Source: Burkholderiaceae bacterium (GTDB lineage Bacteria > Pseudomonadota > Gammaproteobacteria > Burkholderiales > Burkholderiaceae_D). Taken from it: a stretch of DNA of 56,734 nucleotides. Position numbers and translations under genes: made by a program. The notes beneath the pieces are model-generated. The model had not been told where the DNA came from and made no database searches. It saw nothing but the letters and a program-made list of their open reading frames with translations. Below, piece by piece: positions 42,596 to 52,425 of this stretch. The stretch spans positions 1-56,734 of the forward strand of contig JAISAG010000131.1 in assembly GCA_031266815.1 (NCBI GenBank), written 5' to 3'. Positions within the stretch are counted from its first letter, which is position 1, and every line of letters begins with the position of its first letter.

Positions 42596-43192
42596 TCACG
42601 TCACCCGCCTGTCCAACAGGGCTCGTGCGATAGTACCCACATCCACATACTCCAGTTCCGCCCCGACCGGAACACCCCGCGCCAGCCGACTGACCCGGAC
42701 ACCGCGCACTTTCAGCACTTCGCTGATGTAGTGGGCCGTTGCCTCCCCTTCGTTATGAAAACTGGTCGCCAAAATCACTTCCGACACAACGCCATCGCCT
42801 GCCCGTTCAAGCAGTTTGCCCATGCTCAATTCTTTGGGGCCGACACCATCAAGAGGAGAAAGGCTTCCCATCAGCACGAAATACAGTCCGTTGAACGCGA
42901 GCGTCTGTTCTATAACGAGCTGGTCCGCAGGGGTTTCTGTCACGCACAGCACGGTGCGGTCACGATCTGCACTCCGACACAACACACATGTCTCTTCTTC
43001 CGTGAACGTGTTGCAAAGCGCACAGTGCCGCACTTTATCAAGCGCCTCGGCAAGCGTTGCACTAAGCGACATTGCGCCTTCACGGTCATGCTGCAAAAGA
43101 TGATATGCCAGGCGCTGCGCAGACTTGGGGCCGACTCCTGGCAAGCGTTTTAAGGATTCTGTCAGCAAAAGAAGCGAAGAAACGGGTTTCAC
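42596..43192 (-). CDS. recR: Recombination mediator RecR
   Basis: [14 protein letters not shown]4 zinc motif, [28 protein letters not shown]. Confidence 0.96.
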   Translation of the reverse strand: MKPVSSLLLLTESLKRLPGVGPKSAQRLAYHLLQHDREGAMSLSATLAEALDKVRHCALCNTFTEEETCVLCRSADRDRTVLCVTETPADQLVIEQTLAFNGLYFVLMGSLSPLDGVGPKELSMGKLLERAGDGVVSEVILATSFHNEGEATAHYISEVLKVRGVRVSRLARGVPVGAELEYVDVGTIARALLDRRVT

Positions 43193-43203
43193 AATACTTA
43201 CGG

Positions 43204-43527
43204 CTAAAAGGGCATCTTGAATCCAGGAGGCAATGCAAATCCGGCGGATACCCCTGCCATTTTCTCCTGCGCAGTTGCTTCGGCTTTGCGCACGGCATCA
43301 TTGATAGCGGCGGTCACCAAATCTTCCAGCATCTCCTTGTCATCACCCATCAATGAGGGATCAATGGAAATCCGGGAAACGTAGAATTTGCAACTCATCA
43401 GAACGGTGACCATCCCCGCGCCGGATTGCCCTTCCACAATGGTCTTTTCCAGTTCTTCCTGCATCTTCTGCATACCCTGTTGCATGGCCTGAGCCTGCTT
43501 CATCAACCCTGCCAACTGATTTTTCAT
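43204..43527 (-). CDS. ybaB: YbaB/EbfC nucleoid-associated protein
   Basis: [38 protein letters not shown]; between dnaX and recR. Confidence 0.93.
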   Translation of the reverse strand: MKNQLAGLMKQAQAMQQGMQKMQEELEKTIVEGQSGAGMVTVLMSCKFYVSRISIDPSLMGDDKEMLEDLVTAAINDAVRKAEATAQEKMAGVSAGFALPPGFKMPF

Positions 43528-45236
43528 ACACCGTTCTCCATGTTGTTGATGGCTCGTACCGAACCCGGCACGACGCGAGCGCCCAGCGTTTGTACCACCC
43601 TCTGAATATAATCGTCATTTTGCACGGCGACCTCCATCTCTTCCTGCCGCGCCTTCTTCTTCTGCTCTGTCTCGGCAGCAACCGTGCGAGCAACCTTGCC
43701 AATCTCCACATTAACGCGCACCGGACAATGAAGCTGACCAGACAAGGCCTCCTCCAGCCTTTTTCTGGCCTCTTCTGTTGCCAGCGCCCCTGCCGACGTT
43801 CGAAGATTAAAATGCTCCGCATTGCCGGACTGGCTGCGGGAAACCAGTTCTGTGTTCCATGCCAGTTGCTGCACCAGACCCCGCAGGGGCAATTTCTGTG
43901 CCAGTCGCACCCAATCTGCTTCCTCATCCGGGGCGGCTACGGAGAGAATTTCTCTCTGCGGCTCCTTTTTCGTGCTAATCGCCGGCGCTGTTTCCTCCCG
44001 CACAGGAGCCCCTCGCTCTCTCGGCGAGGTGACCGTCGTTTTGAGGGAAGAGGCCGTGTGACGCGCTGCTTCGCCGTCGGATGGCGGCAGGGCAGCAGCA
44101 CGCGCAGGGGGGGATGAAATCTTGTCCCGGTGAGCACCTCCGCTCCCTTCCCCGTTCGGGCAAAAAGCCAGCAGGCGAATCAGTGTCATGCTAAAGCCGG
44201 CGTAATCATCTGGCGCCAGCGACAAATCGTGGTGACCATGCACCACAATCTGATAAAAAAGCTGCACCTCTTCCGGCGTAAATTGCGCTGACAGTCTCAC
44301 CACATCAGCGTATTCAGGCAGATCTGCCGACAGGGCAGCGGGCGTCAGCTGTGTCATGGCAATGCGATTGAGCAATACCCCCAGATCTCTGAGTGCCGCC
44401 GCGTAGGACAAGTTGCGATCCGCCATCTCGTTTGCTATATCCAGTAACGCATTGCCCTCCCTTGATGCAACGCTGTCCAGAATTCGAATGAGATATGTCT
44501 GGTCGAGAGACCCCATCATATCCTGCACGGCAGAAAGCGTGATATTCCCTGCGGTATATGCAATGGATTGATCCGCCAGCGACAGTGCATCACGCATGGA
44601 CCCCCGTGCCCCTTCGGCCAAAAGCCGCAGTGCGGTGCGCTCGAAACGGATACTTTCCTGCGTCAACACCTCATCAAGGCGCTCTACGATCAGCGGCACT
44701 GGTATCTGCTTGAGGTTGAACTGCAGACATCGTGACAGCACGGTCGGCGGAATCTTCTGGGGATCTGTCGTTGCCAACACAAACTTGACATGGGGCGGCG
44801 GCTCTTCCAGCGTTTTCAGCATGGCATTGAAAGCCTCCCTGCTCAGCATGTGCACCTCGTCAATCATATAGACTTTGAACGGCGCACTTGTCGGCGCATA
44901 AATCGCCTGCTCCAGCAATTGTTGCATATTGGCAACGCCGCGATTGGATGCCGCATCCATCTCAATATAGTCCACGAAGCGGTCCGCATCAATGGCAACA
45001 CATGCCGCACACTCCCCGCAAGGGTTGGCGGTAATTCCTTTCTCGCAGTTCAGTGATTTTGCAAGCAAACGGGAAAGGGTTGTCTTTCCGACTCCGCGCG
45101 TTCCGGTAAACAGATAGGCATGATGCAGGCGCCGACTCTCAAGTGCATGCGTCAGCGCACGGACGACATGCTCTTGTCCGGTCATGCTTTCAAAACAGGC
45201 AGGACGGTATTTGCGAGCGAGGACAAGGTAGGACAT
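43524..45236 (-). CDS. dnaX: DNA polymerase III subunit gamma/tau
   Basis: [44 protein letters not shown]. Confidence 0.96.
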   Translation of the reverse strand: MSYLVLARKYRPACFESMTGQEHVVRALTHALESRRLHHAYLFTGTRGVGKTTLSRLLAKSLNCEKGITANPCGECAACVAIDADRFVDYIEMDAASNRGVANMQQLLEQAIYAPTSAPFKVYMIDEVHMLSREAFNAMLKTLEEPPPHVKFVLATTDPQKIPPTVLSRCLQFNLKQIPVPLIVERLDEVLTQESIRFERTALRLLAEGARGSMRDALSLADQSIAYTAGNITLSAVQDMMGSLDQTYLIRILDSVASREGNALLDIANEMADRNLSYAAALRDLGVLLNRIAMTQLTPAALSADLPEYADVVRLSAQFTPEEVQLFYQIVVHGHHDLSLAPDDYAGFSMTLIRLLAFCPNGEGSGGAHRDKISSPPARAAALPPSDGEAARHTASSLKTTVTSPRERGAPVREETAPAISTKKEPQREILSVAAPDEEADWVRLAQKLPLRGLVQQLAWNTELVSRSQSGNAEHFNLRTSAGALATEEARKRLEEALSGQLHCPVRVNVEIGKVARTVAAETEQKKKARQEEMEVAVQNDDYIQRVVQTLGARVVPGSVRAINNMENGV

Positions 45237-45306
45237 GCTTTCATTCTACCCGATTGCCCTGTGAGCCGTGCAGTTTTACAAGGCAGGCGTGCCGAAGAGG
45301 GAAAGT

Positions 45307-45402
45307 GGCGAGCCTGACCTGCGGCACTCGCAGATATTGGCTGTGGCTGCTTCGTTCCCGACCTGACCAGATTCACCGTTCCACCATGCGCAGAGACCCG
45401 CC
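45307..45402 (-). ncRNA. ffs: Signal recognition particle RNA (4.5S)
   Basis: Minus strand GGCGGGTC...GGTCAGGTCGGGAACGAAGCAGCC...GGCTCGCC: domain IV motif with a GGAA tetraloop and paired ends; upstream of dnaX. Confidence 0.95.
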
Positions 45403-45591
45403 GACACGCATTGTACATGAAAGATTCCAATGCCACGACCTGTTTCGCGCGACCGCAACACCGGACAGGCATTCTTCGCTTTTCTTCGGGCTAACGACTA
45501 TAATCCGCCATTTTCGCTCATTTTTATTCAATTTGACGTTATTTTAACGATAACTCCGCCAGGCTCCTCCCCAAAAAGAGCCTTTTTGACT

Positions 45592-45621
45592 TCGACAAAC
45601 CATCCTTTTTTCTGGTACAAT
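45592..45621 (+). promoter_or_regulatory. Putative promoter for the transglycosylase leader
   Basis: TCGACA-N18-TACAAT with extended -10 TG (TGGTACAAT). Confidence 0.55.
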
Positions 45622-45630
45622 GCGGCTGGT

Positions 45631-45888
45631 TGGAGGTGCGTCCTTCACTGTAATGCCTTTCGTGCGGCACAGACGAGTGTTCCTGTGCCCTTGTCCAGAT
45701 TTGGACAAGAGACAGTGCGGCGTGCTTCCATGAGCGGAGGTATGTGCCGTCTCCGCTGTTTTCGACCTCAGTGGCTACAGATAGCCCAAAACAATTACAG
45801 AAAAGCAAGGCGTTTCCGCCAGTCGTGCATCCACAAGAGATTGGCGAACGCCCTCTGGCGTGACGTGTCCACAAGACGCTCTGTCGCC
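45631..45888 (+). ncRNA. Candidate structured 5' leader or sRNA
   Basis: Nested three-way junction 45631-45730 plus four further hairpins, by manual pairing. Confidence 0.45.
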
Positions 45889-45906
45889 GCAGCAGCAGGA
45901 GGAACT

Positions 45907-46749
45907 ATGCTTCACACCAACCAGGACGAAACCGTTTCGTCCACATCATCGGCATTTGCCGAAACCAGCCTGACGAAACGCGTCGGAGGTGAACTGCTGA
46001 AACACAAGCCGTTCGCACTTGCCTGTATCGCGGGTCTGTTCTTCATCGGGTTCATGGCATTTCAACTTCACGAGGAAACAAAACCTGCTGCACAGGATAC
46101 GCCGTTTCAGGGCAAGAGCATGGTGCCGTCATCCTCACCAGTCGCCGTACGCGTAAACCAGGATATTATCCTGCCATCTCCCTCGGAAACGAGAGAAAGC
46201 GCCATGATCCGGGGCTTGCAGGAAAAAGTGCTGCTGGTTGACTGGATTTCGAGGCGGTATCCGGTCAAAACAGACTCGCTCGAGCTTTTCGTTTCCGCAA
46301 CCTACCTGGTCGCGCAGGAACTAGGGCTGGATCCGCACCTGATTCTTGCCGTGATGGCCATTGAATCCCGTTTTGACCCCGAGGCAGAAAGCCCTGTCGG
46401 GGCGCAGGGACTCATGCAGGTCATGACCAAGGCACACTCGTGGCGATTTGAGCCGCACGGGGGAATCGCCGCCGCCAAAGACCCCGTTACGAATATCCGG
46501 GTTGGTTCGACCATTCTGAAAGAGTACGTCACGAAAAAAGGGACCATTGAGGGCGCCCTGAAAAGCTATGTCGGAGCCGCCTTGCTTTCCAGTGACCTTG
46601 GTTATGGTGCCAAGGTGCTGGCGGAATACCGTCTGATAAAGACCGTGGCTGACGGAAAAAGGAATGACGCTGTCCCTTCAATGTCGCGCAAGGGGAAAGC
46701 CTCCCTTGCAAGGGAAAGACTCGAACGAAATCGGTCTGGCTCCCTGTAA
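45907..46749 (+). CDS. Lytic transglycosylase SLT-domain protein
   Basis: N-terminal TM, LDPHLILAVMAIESRF, GAQGLMQV, NIRVGS.ILKEY, YG.KVL; GGAGGA RBS. Confidence 0.9.
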   Translation: MLHTNQDETVSSTSSAFAETSLTKRVGGELLKHKPFALACIAGLFFIGFMAFQLHEETKPAAQDTPFQGKSMVPSSSPVAVRVNQDIILPSPSETRESAMIRGLQEKVLLVDWISRRYPVKTDSLELFVSATYLVAQELGLDPHLILAVMAIESRFDPEAESPVGAQGLMQVMTKAHSWRFEPHGGIAAAKDPVTNIRVGSTILKEYVTKKGTIEGALKSYVGAALLSSDLGYGAKVLAEYRLIKTVADGKRNDAVPSMSRKGKASLARERLERNRSGSL

Positions 46750-46767
46750 CACGGCGCCGCACGTCAC

Positions 46768-48810
46768 CTAAATGGAGAGGGGGTCCACTTCGAGGTGCCA
46801 GCGCACTTTCGTTTTGGTGTGACGAAGATGTATCGTCCAGTCTTTCAGGAATGCCTGCAACGTGCTTCTGGAAGCTGACTCCACCAACAGTTGTGCCCTC
46901 TCTCTGTTGCTGATGCGCACCAACGCCATGGGAACCGGCTCGTTCATGATCAGACCATCGCACGTCTTCCCGTAAGCAGCAGCGGACTGCAAAAAAGCGA
47001 GTGCGTCGTCAAGTTTTCGTGCTTCCGCGCACAACAGCGCCTGATGAATAAAAGGCGGCAAGCCGGACTCTTGCCGCTCTGCGAGCAATCTGCCCGCAAA
47101 CGCCTCGTAATTGTGCGAAAGCACCGCCTGAAACAACGGGTGATGCGGGTAGCGTGTCTGGATGATGACCTCGCTTCCGTTTTCCTGTGCGCGACGTCCT
47201 GCCCGCCCACCCACCTGCATCAGCTGTGCAAACAGGCGCTCACTCGCCCGATAATCGTGTGAAAACAATGCATTATCGGGGCTGACAACCCCAACCAGCG
47301 TCAGATTTCTGAAATCATGCCCCTTGGCAATCATCTGCGTCCCGACGAGAATGTCAATTTGCCCGCGATGCACCTGATCCAGCGCAGATTGCAGACTCCC
47401 CTTTCTGCGCGTGGAATCCGCGTCAATGCGGAGAATTCGGGACGAGGGGAAAAGCGCCTGCAGACTCTCTTCCATGCGCTGTGTCCCTCTCCCCAGCGGC
47501 TTGATATCCATATTGCCGCAATCGGGACACGCATGCGGGATGAAGCGTTCCAGCCCGCAATGATGACAACGCAATCTGTCTTGCGCTTTGTGAAAGACCA
47601 TATAGGCACTGCAACGCGCACAGGCACTGACCCACCCGCACGAATCACATACCAGCACGGGCGCGTAGCCTCGCCGATTGATGAATAACAAGGACTGCTG
47701 TCCCCGCTCAAGACGCAAGCGAATCGCCTGGAGCAAATACAAGCTAAAGCCCGCCTGCCCCTTGTCCCGACTGATGTCAACGAGTCGGACGTCAGGCAGA
47801 ACCGCGTCCGGGACAGCCCGAACCGGCAGCACCCGTCGGCAGTACTGACCGGACAATGTGTGGTGCCAGCTCTCCAATGAGGGGGTTGCCGAACCAAGAA
47901 CAACGGGAACACGCAACTGCCACGCACGCCACACTGCCAAATCGCGCGCAGAGTAACGCAACCCTTCCTGCTGCCTGTACGACGGATCGTGTTCCTCATC
48001 CACAATGATCATATCCAGCCTAGGAGTGGACGCCATGACAGCCATGCGCGTTCCCAGCAATATACGGGCATTCCCTGTATGCGCCGACAACCAGTTTTTC
48101 AGACGCTCTCCCTCACTCATTCTGCTGTGCAAAATTGCCATGCAAATTCCCGGAAAACGGCTGCGAATGCGCTCCTCCAATTGCGGTGTCAGGCTGATCT
48201 CCGGGACCAATATCATGACCGTCGCCTCTTCGTGCCGCGCCAATATCTCTTCTGCCGCCCGCAAATAGACTTCGGTTTTACCGCTTCCGGTCACCCCATG
48301 CAGCAGCAACGGAGCAAAACCGCTTGCCCGCCCAATAGCCTGTACACTTTCTTCTTGGTCAGGGTTCAGTTCGGGTCGAACGGTGGCAGACGCTTCCCGC
48401 ACCATCGCACTCTGCTCTTTTTCCAGCGCCGCATACGCGCGATCCAGTGTTGGTACTTTTTCTGCGCGCAATGGCTTTGGCAAGCAAGGGATAGCCACTT
48501 CACCCAAAGGACGGTGATAGTAGGTCGCCGCAAAATGACACAAATCCATCCATTCCTGAGGCAGTGGCGGAACAGGACACTGCGACGCCACCTCCCTCAT
48601 TCTGTCTGTCGGCACATCCGTCGTTTCCGAAACGGCGATTACCAAGCCAGTCATGTTTCTCTTGCCAAAGGGGACCCGCACAAGCTGTCCGACAGTCGGC
48701 ATGACATCCTGCGCCGCGTGTTTGACCCAACAATAATCAAAATGAGCATCCAGAGGCACATCCAGCACGACACGGACAAAACACGAGGAATGGTGGTCGG
48801 AACAAATCAT
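46768..48810 (-). CDS. priA: Primosomal protein N'
   Basis: GVTGSGKTEVY, VPEISLTPQ, DEEHD, NRRGYAP, Cys-rich region, GTQMIAKGHDF, EVDP; start chosen at MICSD. Confidence 0.95.
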   Translation of the reverse strand: MICSDHHSSCFVRVVLDVPLDAHFDYCWVKHAAQDVMPTVGQLVRVPFGKRNMTGLVIAVSETTDVPTDRMREVASQCPVPPLPQEWMDLCHFAATYYHRPLGEVAIPCLPKPLRAEKVPTLDRAYAALEKEQSAMVREASATVRPELNPDQEESVQAIGRASGFAPLLLHGVTGSGKTEVYLRAAEEILARHEEATVMILVPEISLTPQLEERIRSRFPGICMAILHSRMSEGERLKNWLSAHTGNARILLGTRMAVMASTPRLDMIIVDEEHDPSYRQQEGLRYSARDLAVWRAWQLRVPVVLGSATPSLESWHHTLSGQYCRRVLPVRAVPDAVLPDVRLVDISRDKGQAGFSLYLLQAIRLRLERGQQSLLFINRRGYAPVLVCDSCGWVSACARCSAYMVFHKAQDRLRCHHCGLERFIPHACPDCGNMDIKPLGRGTQRMEESLQALFPSSRILRIDADSTRRKGSLQSALDQVHRGQIDILVGTQMIAKGHDFRNLTLVGVVSPDNALFSHDYRASERLFAQLMQVGGRAGRRAQENGSEVIIQTRYPHHPLFQAVLSHNYEAFAGRLLAERQESGLPPFIHQALLCAEARKLDDALAFLQSAAAYGKTCDGLIMNEPVPMALVRISNRERAQLLVESASRSTLQAFLKDWTIHLRHTKTKVRWHLEVDPLSI

Positions 48811-48865
48811 ACGAACGGCGGCATGGATAAGCGGATCATCTGCCCGACAAACCAGAGGGAATATC

Positions 48866-48898
48866 TGTGAATAACCCTGTGGAAAACCTTGTTGATAT
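48866..48898 (-). promoter_or_regulatory. DnaA-box cluster upstream of priA
   Basis: TTATTCACA (48866-74) and TTTTCCACA (48878-86) fit TT(A/T)TNCACA; weaker ATATCAACA (48890-98); same orientation, 12-bp period. Confidence 0.7.
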
Positions 48899-48998
48899 AT
48901 CGGCACAACGGGCAAAGTGACCGGGCATCTTGACGCTGACAAGCAAATTGTCGGATGATGTACCCTGTTCGTTTCCTGTCATCTGCAAGGGGAATACC

Positions 48999-49436
48999 AT
49001 GTACAAGACCATTCTCGTCCCGACCGATGGGACAACGCTGTCCGAAAAAGCCATTACCGCCGCCATTCAATACGCCAGCACTCACAAGGGATGCAAAATT
49101 ATTGGCATTACCGTCGCAGAGACACCCCCTTTGACACAGATTGAATCCCTGTCCCGAAAGCAGGAGTCCGATTATATCAGCAGGGAACAGGAGTCCGCCC
49201 GTGAAAGGGTCAACCACATTGCAGAGCAGGCAAAAAGCGCCAATATCCCCTGCGAAGTCATCGTGTCCCAATCGGCACACCCGCACGAGGAAATTGTCCG
49301 TGCCGCGGAAAAATATCAGTGCGATTGTATCTTCATGGCGTCGCACGGGCGCAAGGGGCTTAACCGCTTTTTCATCGGCAGCGAAACGCAAAAGGTGTTG
49401 ACAACCACCTCTGTTCCCGTGCTGGTCTACCGCTAA
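48999..49436 (+). CDS. Universal stress protein (UspA family)
   Basis: MYKTILVPTDG, IFMASHGRKG....IGSETQKVL, PVLVYR. Confidence 0.92.
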   Translation: MYKTILVPTDGTTLSEKAITAAIQYASTHKGCKIIGITVAETPPLTQIESLSRKQESDYISREQESARERVNHIAEQAKSANIPCEVIVSQSAHPHEEIVRAAEKYQCDCIFMASHGRKGLNRFFIGSETQKVLTTTSVPVLVYR

Positions 49437-49445
49437 ACGACCTCA

Positions 49446-50705
49446 TTATCGTTGCACGACAGCAGGCGCGTCCGTGCCGGGAGGGGGTCGTTTGCCCTTC
49501 GGCAACAGCACCCACACTTTGACAGCCTGTTTCATCTTGCCGGCTTTTTCCCCGGGTCCCTCGCCAAACCCCCAGAAGTAATCCACACGCAATGCCCCTT
49601 TAATCGCTATTCCTGTATCTTGCGCCATGACAAGGCGTTGCAGGGGAACAGTGCTGTTCGGCTCGGTCGTATCAAGAAAAAGAGGGACGCCCAGCGGAAT
49701 CTGCGCCGGATCTACCGCAACGGAGCGTTCACCCGTCAACGGAATCCCCAGCGCACCTTTGGGGCCCGCTGTCCCTGTTGCCAGTTTTTCCTCCCGAAAG
49801 AAAATATAGCGCGGGTTGCTGTTCAGCACTTCATCCTGGCGCAGCGGATGCGAAAGCAACCACTTTCGGATGCCCTGGGCGGAGGCCTCATCTTTCGCCA
49901 ATTCTCCCTTCTCGAGCAGGTATTTTCCAATGGAGCGGTAGGGATGCCCGTTATGTCCGGCAAAAGCCAACCGGACGGTCTCGCCGGTTTCCCTGACAAA
50001 AACCCGACCAGACCCCTGTACCTGCAAAAAGAAAGCATCCAGCGGATCTTTGATCCACAGCAACTCTTTTCCTTTCAAGGCCGGATTTTTGGACATTTCT
50101 GCCCTCGTGGCATAGGGAACAACCTTTTTTCCCTGCAGCTTTCCCGTCAGGCGGAGTCCCTTGAGCTGAGGGTACATCTCGCCCATATCAACGCTGAGCA
50201 AATCGTCAGGAAGCCGATACAGCGGCGTCTGGTAGCCACCCCCCCGCCGCCGCGCTCCCTGCACCAATGGTTCGTAATATCCGGTGATAAGTCCCACCTC
50301 GTTACCATCCTCTTTGCTTAACTGATAGGGGATCAGGTATTTTTCAAAAAAACGACGAACCTCCCCGTTTCCCGGGCGAAGAGCGCGCGCCGAAGCACAG
50401 ACCTCCATCCAGTCCGGGCTCTTTTTCAGGACGGAGCATGAAGCAAGAAAGGCGGTCCAGGCATTGTCCTGTTTGTCTGCGTCCCAGCCGGGCAGCGCCG
50501 CGTAATTGACTGGACGAATCTGCCCACTGCCCCGTGTGGACATCTTCCCCGCCGGAGCAACCGCCACGCTTTCGTGAACGAGAGGGGAAGGAGCGCGGGC
50601 AGGTGTCGGCGAAGGGAGCGGTTCAGGCTGGATCCAGGCGCATGCGGACAAAAACAGGGAAGCACCATACATCAGCGCGGAAAGGAGGTAACGCATCATC
50701 TTCAT
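49446..50705 (-). CDS. mltA: Membrane-bound lytic murein transglycosylase A
   Basis: Lipobox FLSAC, LPGW..D, TGYYEP, FFLQVQGSG, NPRYIFF, AVDP, AQDTGIAIKG..RVDYFWG. Confidence 0.93.
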   Translation of the reverse strand: MKMMRYLLSALMYGASLFLSACAWIQPEPLPSPTPARAPSPLVHESVAVAPAGKMSTRGSGQIRPVNYAALPGWDADKQDNAWTAFLASCSVLKKSPDWMEVCASARALRPGNGEVRRFFEKYLIPYQLSKEDGNEVGLITGYYEPLVQGARRRGGGYQTPLYRLPDDLLSVDMGEMYPQLKGLRLTGKLQGKKVVPYATRAEMSKNPALKGKELLWIKDPLDAFFLQVQGSGRVFVRETGETVRLAFAGHNGHPYRSIGKYLLEKGELAKDEASAQGIRKWLLSHPLRQDEVLNSNPRYIFFREEKLATGTAGPKGALGIPLTGERSVAVDPAQIPLGVPLFLDTTEPNSTVPLQRLVMAQDTGIAIKGALRVDYFWGFGEGPGEKAGKMKQAVKVWVLLPKGKRPPPGTDAPAVVQR

Positions 50706-50880
50706 TGGGCAGACAAAAAGGTAAACAGACCCTCCATTGTGCGTTGCCTTCGAAAAAAAGGGAACACCTCGCCCCCATTTTCTCGCACGTCCGCTGCACA
50801 CACAGCAGCAGCGGATACCGCTGCCCGCCCAAACCCGTTTGGCGGTAGAATGGGGAGATTGTTCACCACAGAATCCCCTC

Positions 50881-51570
50881 ATGCCACCGTATCGCATTGC
50901 ACCCAGTATTCTGTCCGCCAATTTTGCCCGGTTGGGGGATGAAGTTTGTCGCGTTGTGGACGCCGGCGCCGACTTCATCCATTTTGATGTCATGGATAAC
51001 CATTATGTCCCAAACCTGACAGTGGGCCCCATGGTGTGCAAAGCCATCCGCCCGCTCGTTGACATCCCGATAGATGTGCACCTGATGGTCAAGCCGGTTG
51101 ACCGTATCATTCCGGACTTTGCCCTGGCAGGCGCCGATATTATTTCCTTCCATCCCGAAGCGTCGGAACACATAGACCGGACACTGCAACTCATCCACGA
51201 CCACGGGTGCAAGGCCGGGCTGGCCTTTAACCCGGCCACTCCCCTGGATTATCTCTCCCACGTTCTGGACAAGGTCGATCTCGTTCTGATTATGTCCGTC
51301 AACCCCGGATTCGGAGGACAGCAGTTCATTCCGCACGCGCTCCAAAAGATTGCCGATGTGCGCGCGTTGATCACGTCATCGGGAAAGCCCATCATGCTTG
51401 AGGTGGATGGAGGAATCCACGTTAACAATATCCGGCGCGTCGCCGAAGCGGGTGCTGACACCTTTGTGTCCGGGTCGGCCATTTTTGGGCAGCCGGACTA
51501 CAGGCAAATCATCGCGACCATGCGGGAAGAACTGGCCGCCTGCCATCTGGACGCACCCGCCGCCCGTTAG
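50881..51570 (+). CDS. rpe: Ribulose-phosphate 3-epimerase
   Basis: [40 protein letters not shown]. Confidence 0.97.
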   Translation: MPPYRIAPSILSANFARLGDEVCRVVDAGADFIHFDVMDNHYVPNLTVGPMVCKAIRPLVDIPIDVHLMVKPVDRIIPDFALAGADIISFHPEASEHIDRTLQLIHDHGCKAGLAFNPATPLDYLSHVLDKVDLVLIMSVNPGFGGQQFIPHALQKIADVRALITSSGKPIMLEVDGGIHVNNIRRVAEAGADTFVSGSAIFGQPDYRQIIATMREELAACHLDAPAAR

Positions 51571-51572
51571 GA

Positions 51573-52274
51573 ATGTGCGTCATGACAGCGAAACCCAAAG
51601 GTATACGCGCGGTGTTCCTTGACCTGGACGGCACCATGGTGGATTCCATACCGGATATCCATCTGGCATTGAATCAAATGAGAGCGGATTTATCTCTCGC
51701 GCCGCTGGATGAGGAAAAAACAAAGCATTTCGTCGGAAGAGGAACAGAAAGCCTTGTGCGCAGCGCTCTCGCCATGGACTGCGACGATGATGCCGTCAAC
51801 GCCCGCCTCCCGCAGGCACTCGTTTTTTTTCGCAGACACTACCTGGAAACGAATGGGTGCTGCAGCCGTGTCTACCCGGATGTCATGGAAGGTCTGCGAC
51901 AGTTTCGGGAACAGGGGCTGTCTCTGGCGTGCGTAACAAACAAACCTGCCATTTTTACAGACCCCTTGCTGGCAAAAACGGGGCTTTACCCTCTCCTCGA
52001 CGCAATTTCCAGCGCGGACTCTGTTCCCAGGAAGAAGCCCGACCCGCTGCCCATGCAGGTATTGTCCGCGCGATTTGGTTTGCATCCATCGGAAGTATTG
52101 GTCATTGGCGACTCCATCAACGATGTTCGGGCTGCCCGTTCTGCGGGATGCTCCGTTTTTGTCGTCCCCTACGGCTATAACCACGGACAGTCCGTCAGAG
52201 ACATGGATGCAGACGGCGTCATTCCCCGTATTACGGATGCGCTTTGCCTGATCTCCGGGATCGGCGCTGTTTGA
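51573..52274 (+). CDS. gph: Phosphoglycolate phosphatase (HAD)
   Basis: [34 protein letters not shown]; rpe-gph-trpE order. Confidence 0.92.
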   Translation: MCVMTAKPKGIRAVFLDLDGTMVDSIPDIHLALNQMRADLSLAPLDEEKTKHFVGRGTESLVRSALAMDCDDDAVNARLPQALVFFRRHYLETNGCCSRVYPDVMEGLRQFREQGLSLACVTNKPAIFTDPLLAKTGLYPLLDAISSADSVPRKKPDPLPMQVLSARFGLHPSEVLVIGDSINDVRAARSAGCSVFVVPYGYNHGQSVRDMDADGVIPRITDALCLISGIGAV

Positions 52275-52425
52275 CCTCCCATTACCCGCAAGATCCTTGC
52301 AGGGCAGGCGTACGCCGCCCTGTTGCGCAAGGAGAAATCTGCACGGCAACACCACGGGGACATGTTATCCTGTGCCCGTGCACGCTGACAAACCGCATGC
52401 TTCTTTCCGCCAGGGGAAACGCCTT

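Noticed and set aside
45430-45906. 159-aa N-terminal extension of the SLT protein
   Set aside because: A strong GGAGGA RBS precedes ATG 45907, and the upstream stretch contains a promoter and RNA structure; its staying open is noted but may be chance
48822-48960. oriC at the DnaA-box cluster
   Set aside because: Too few boxes, no AT-rich unwinding element, and no dnaA/gidA/parAB context
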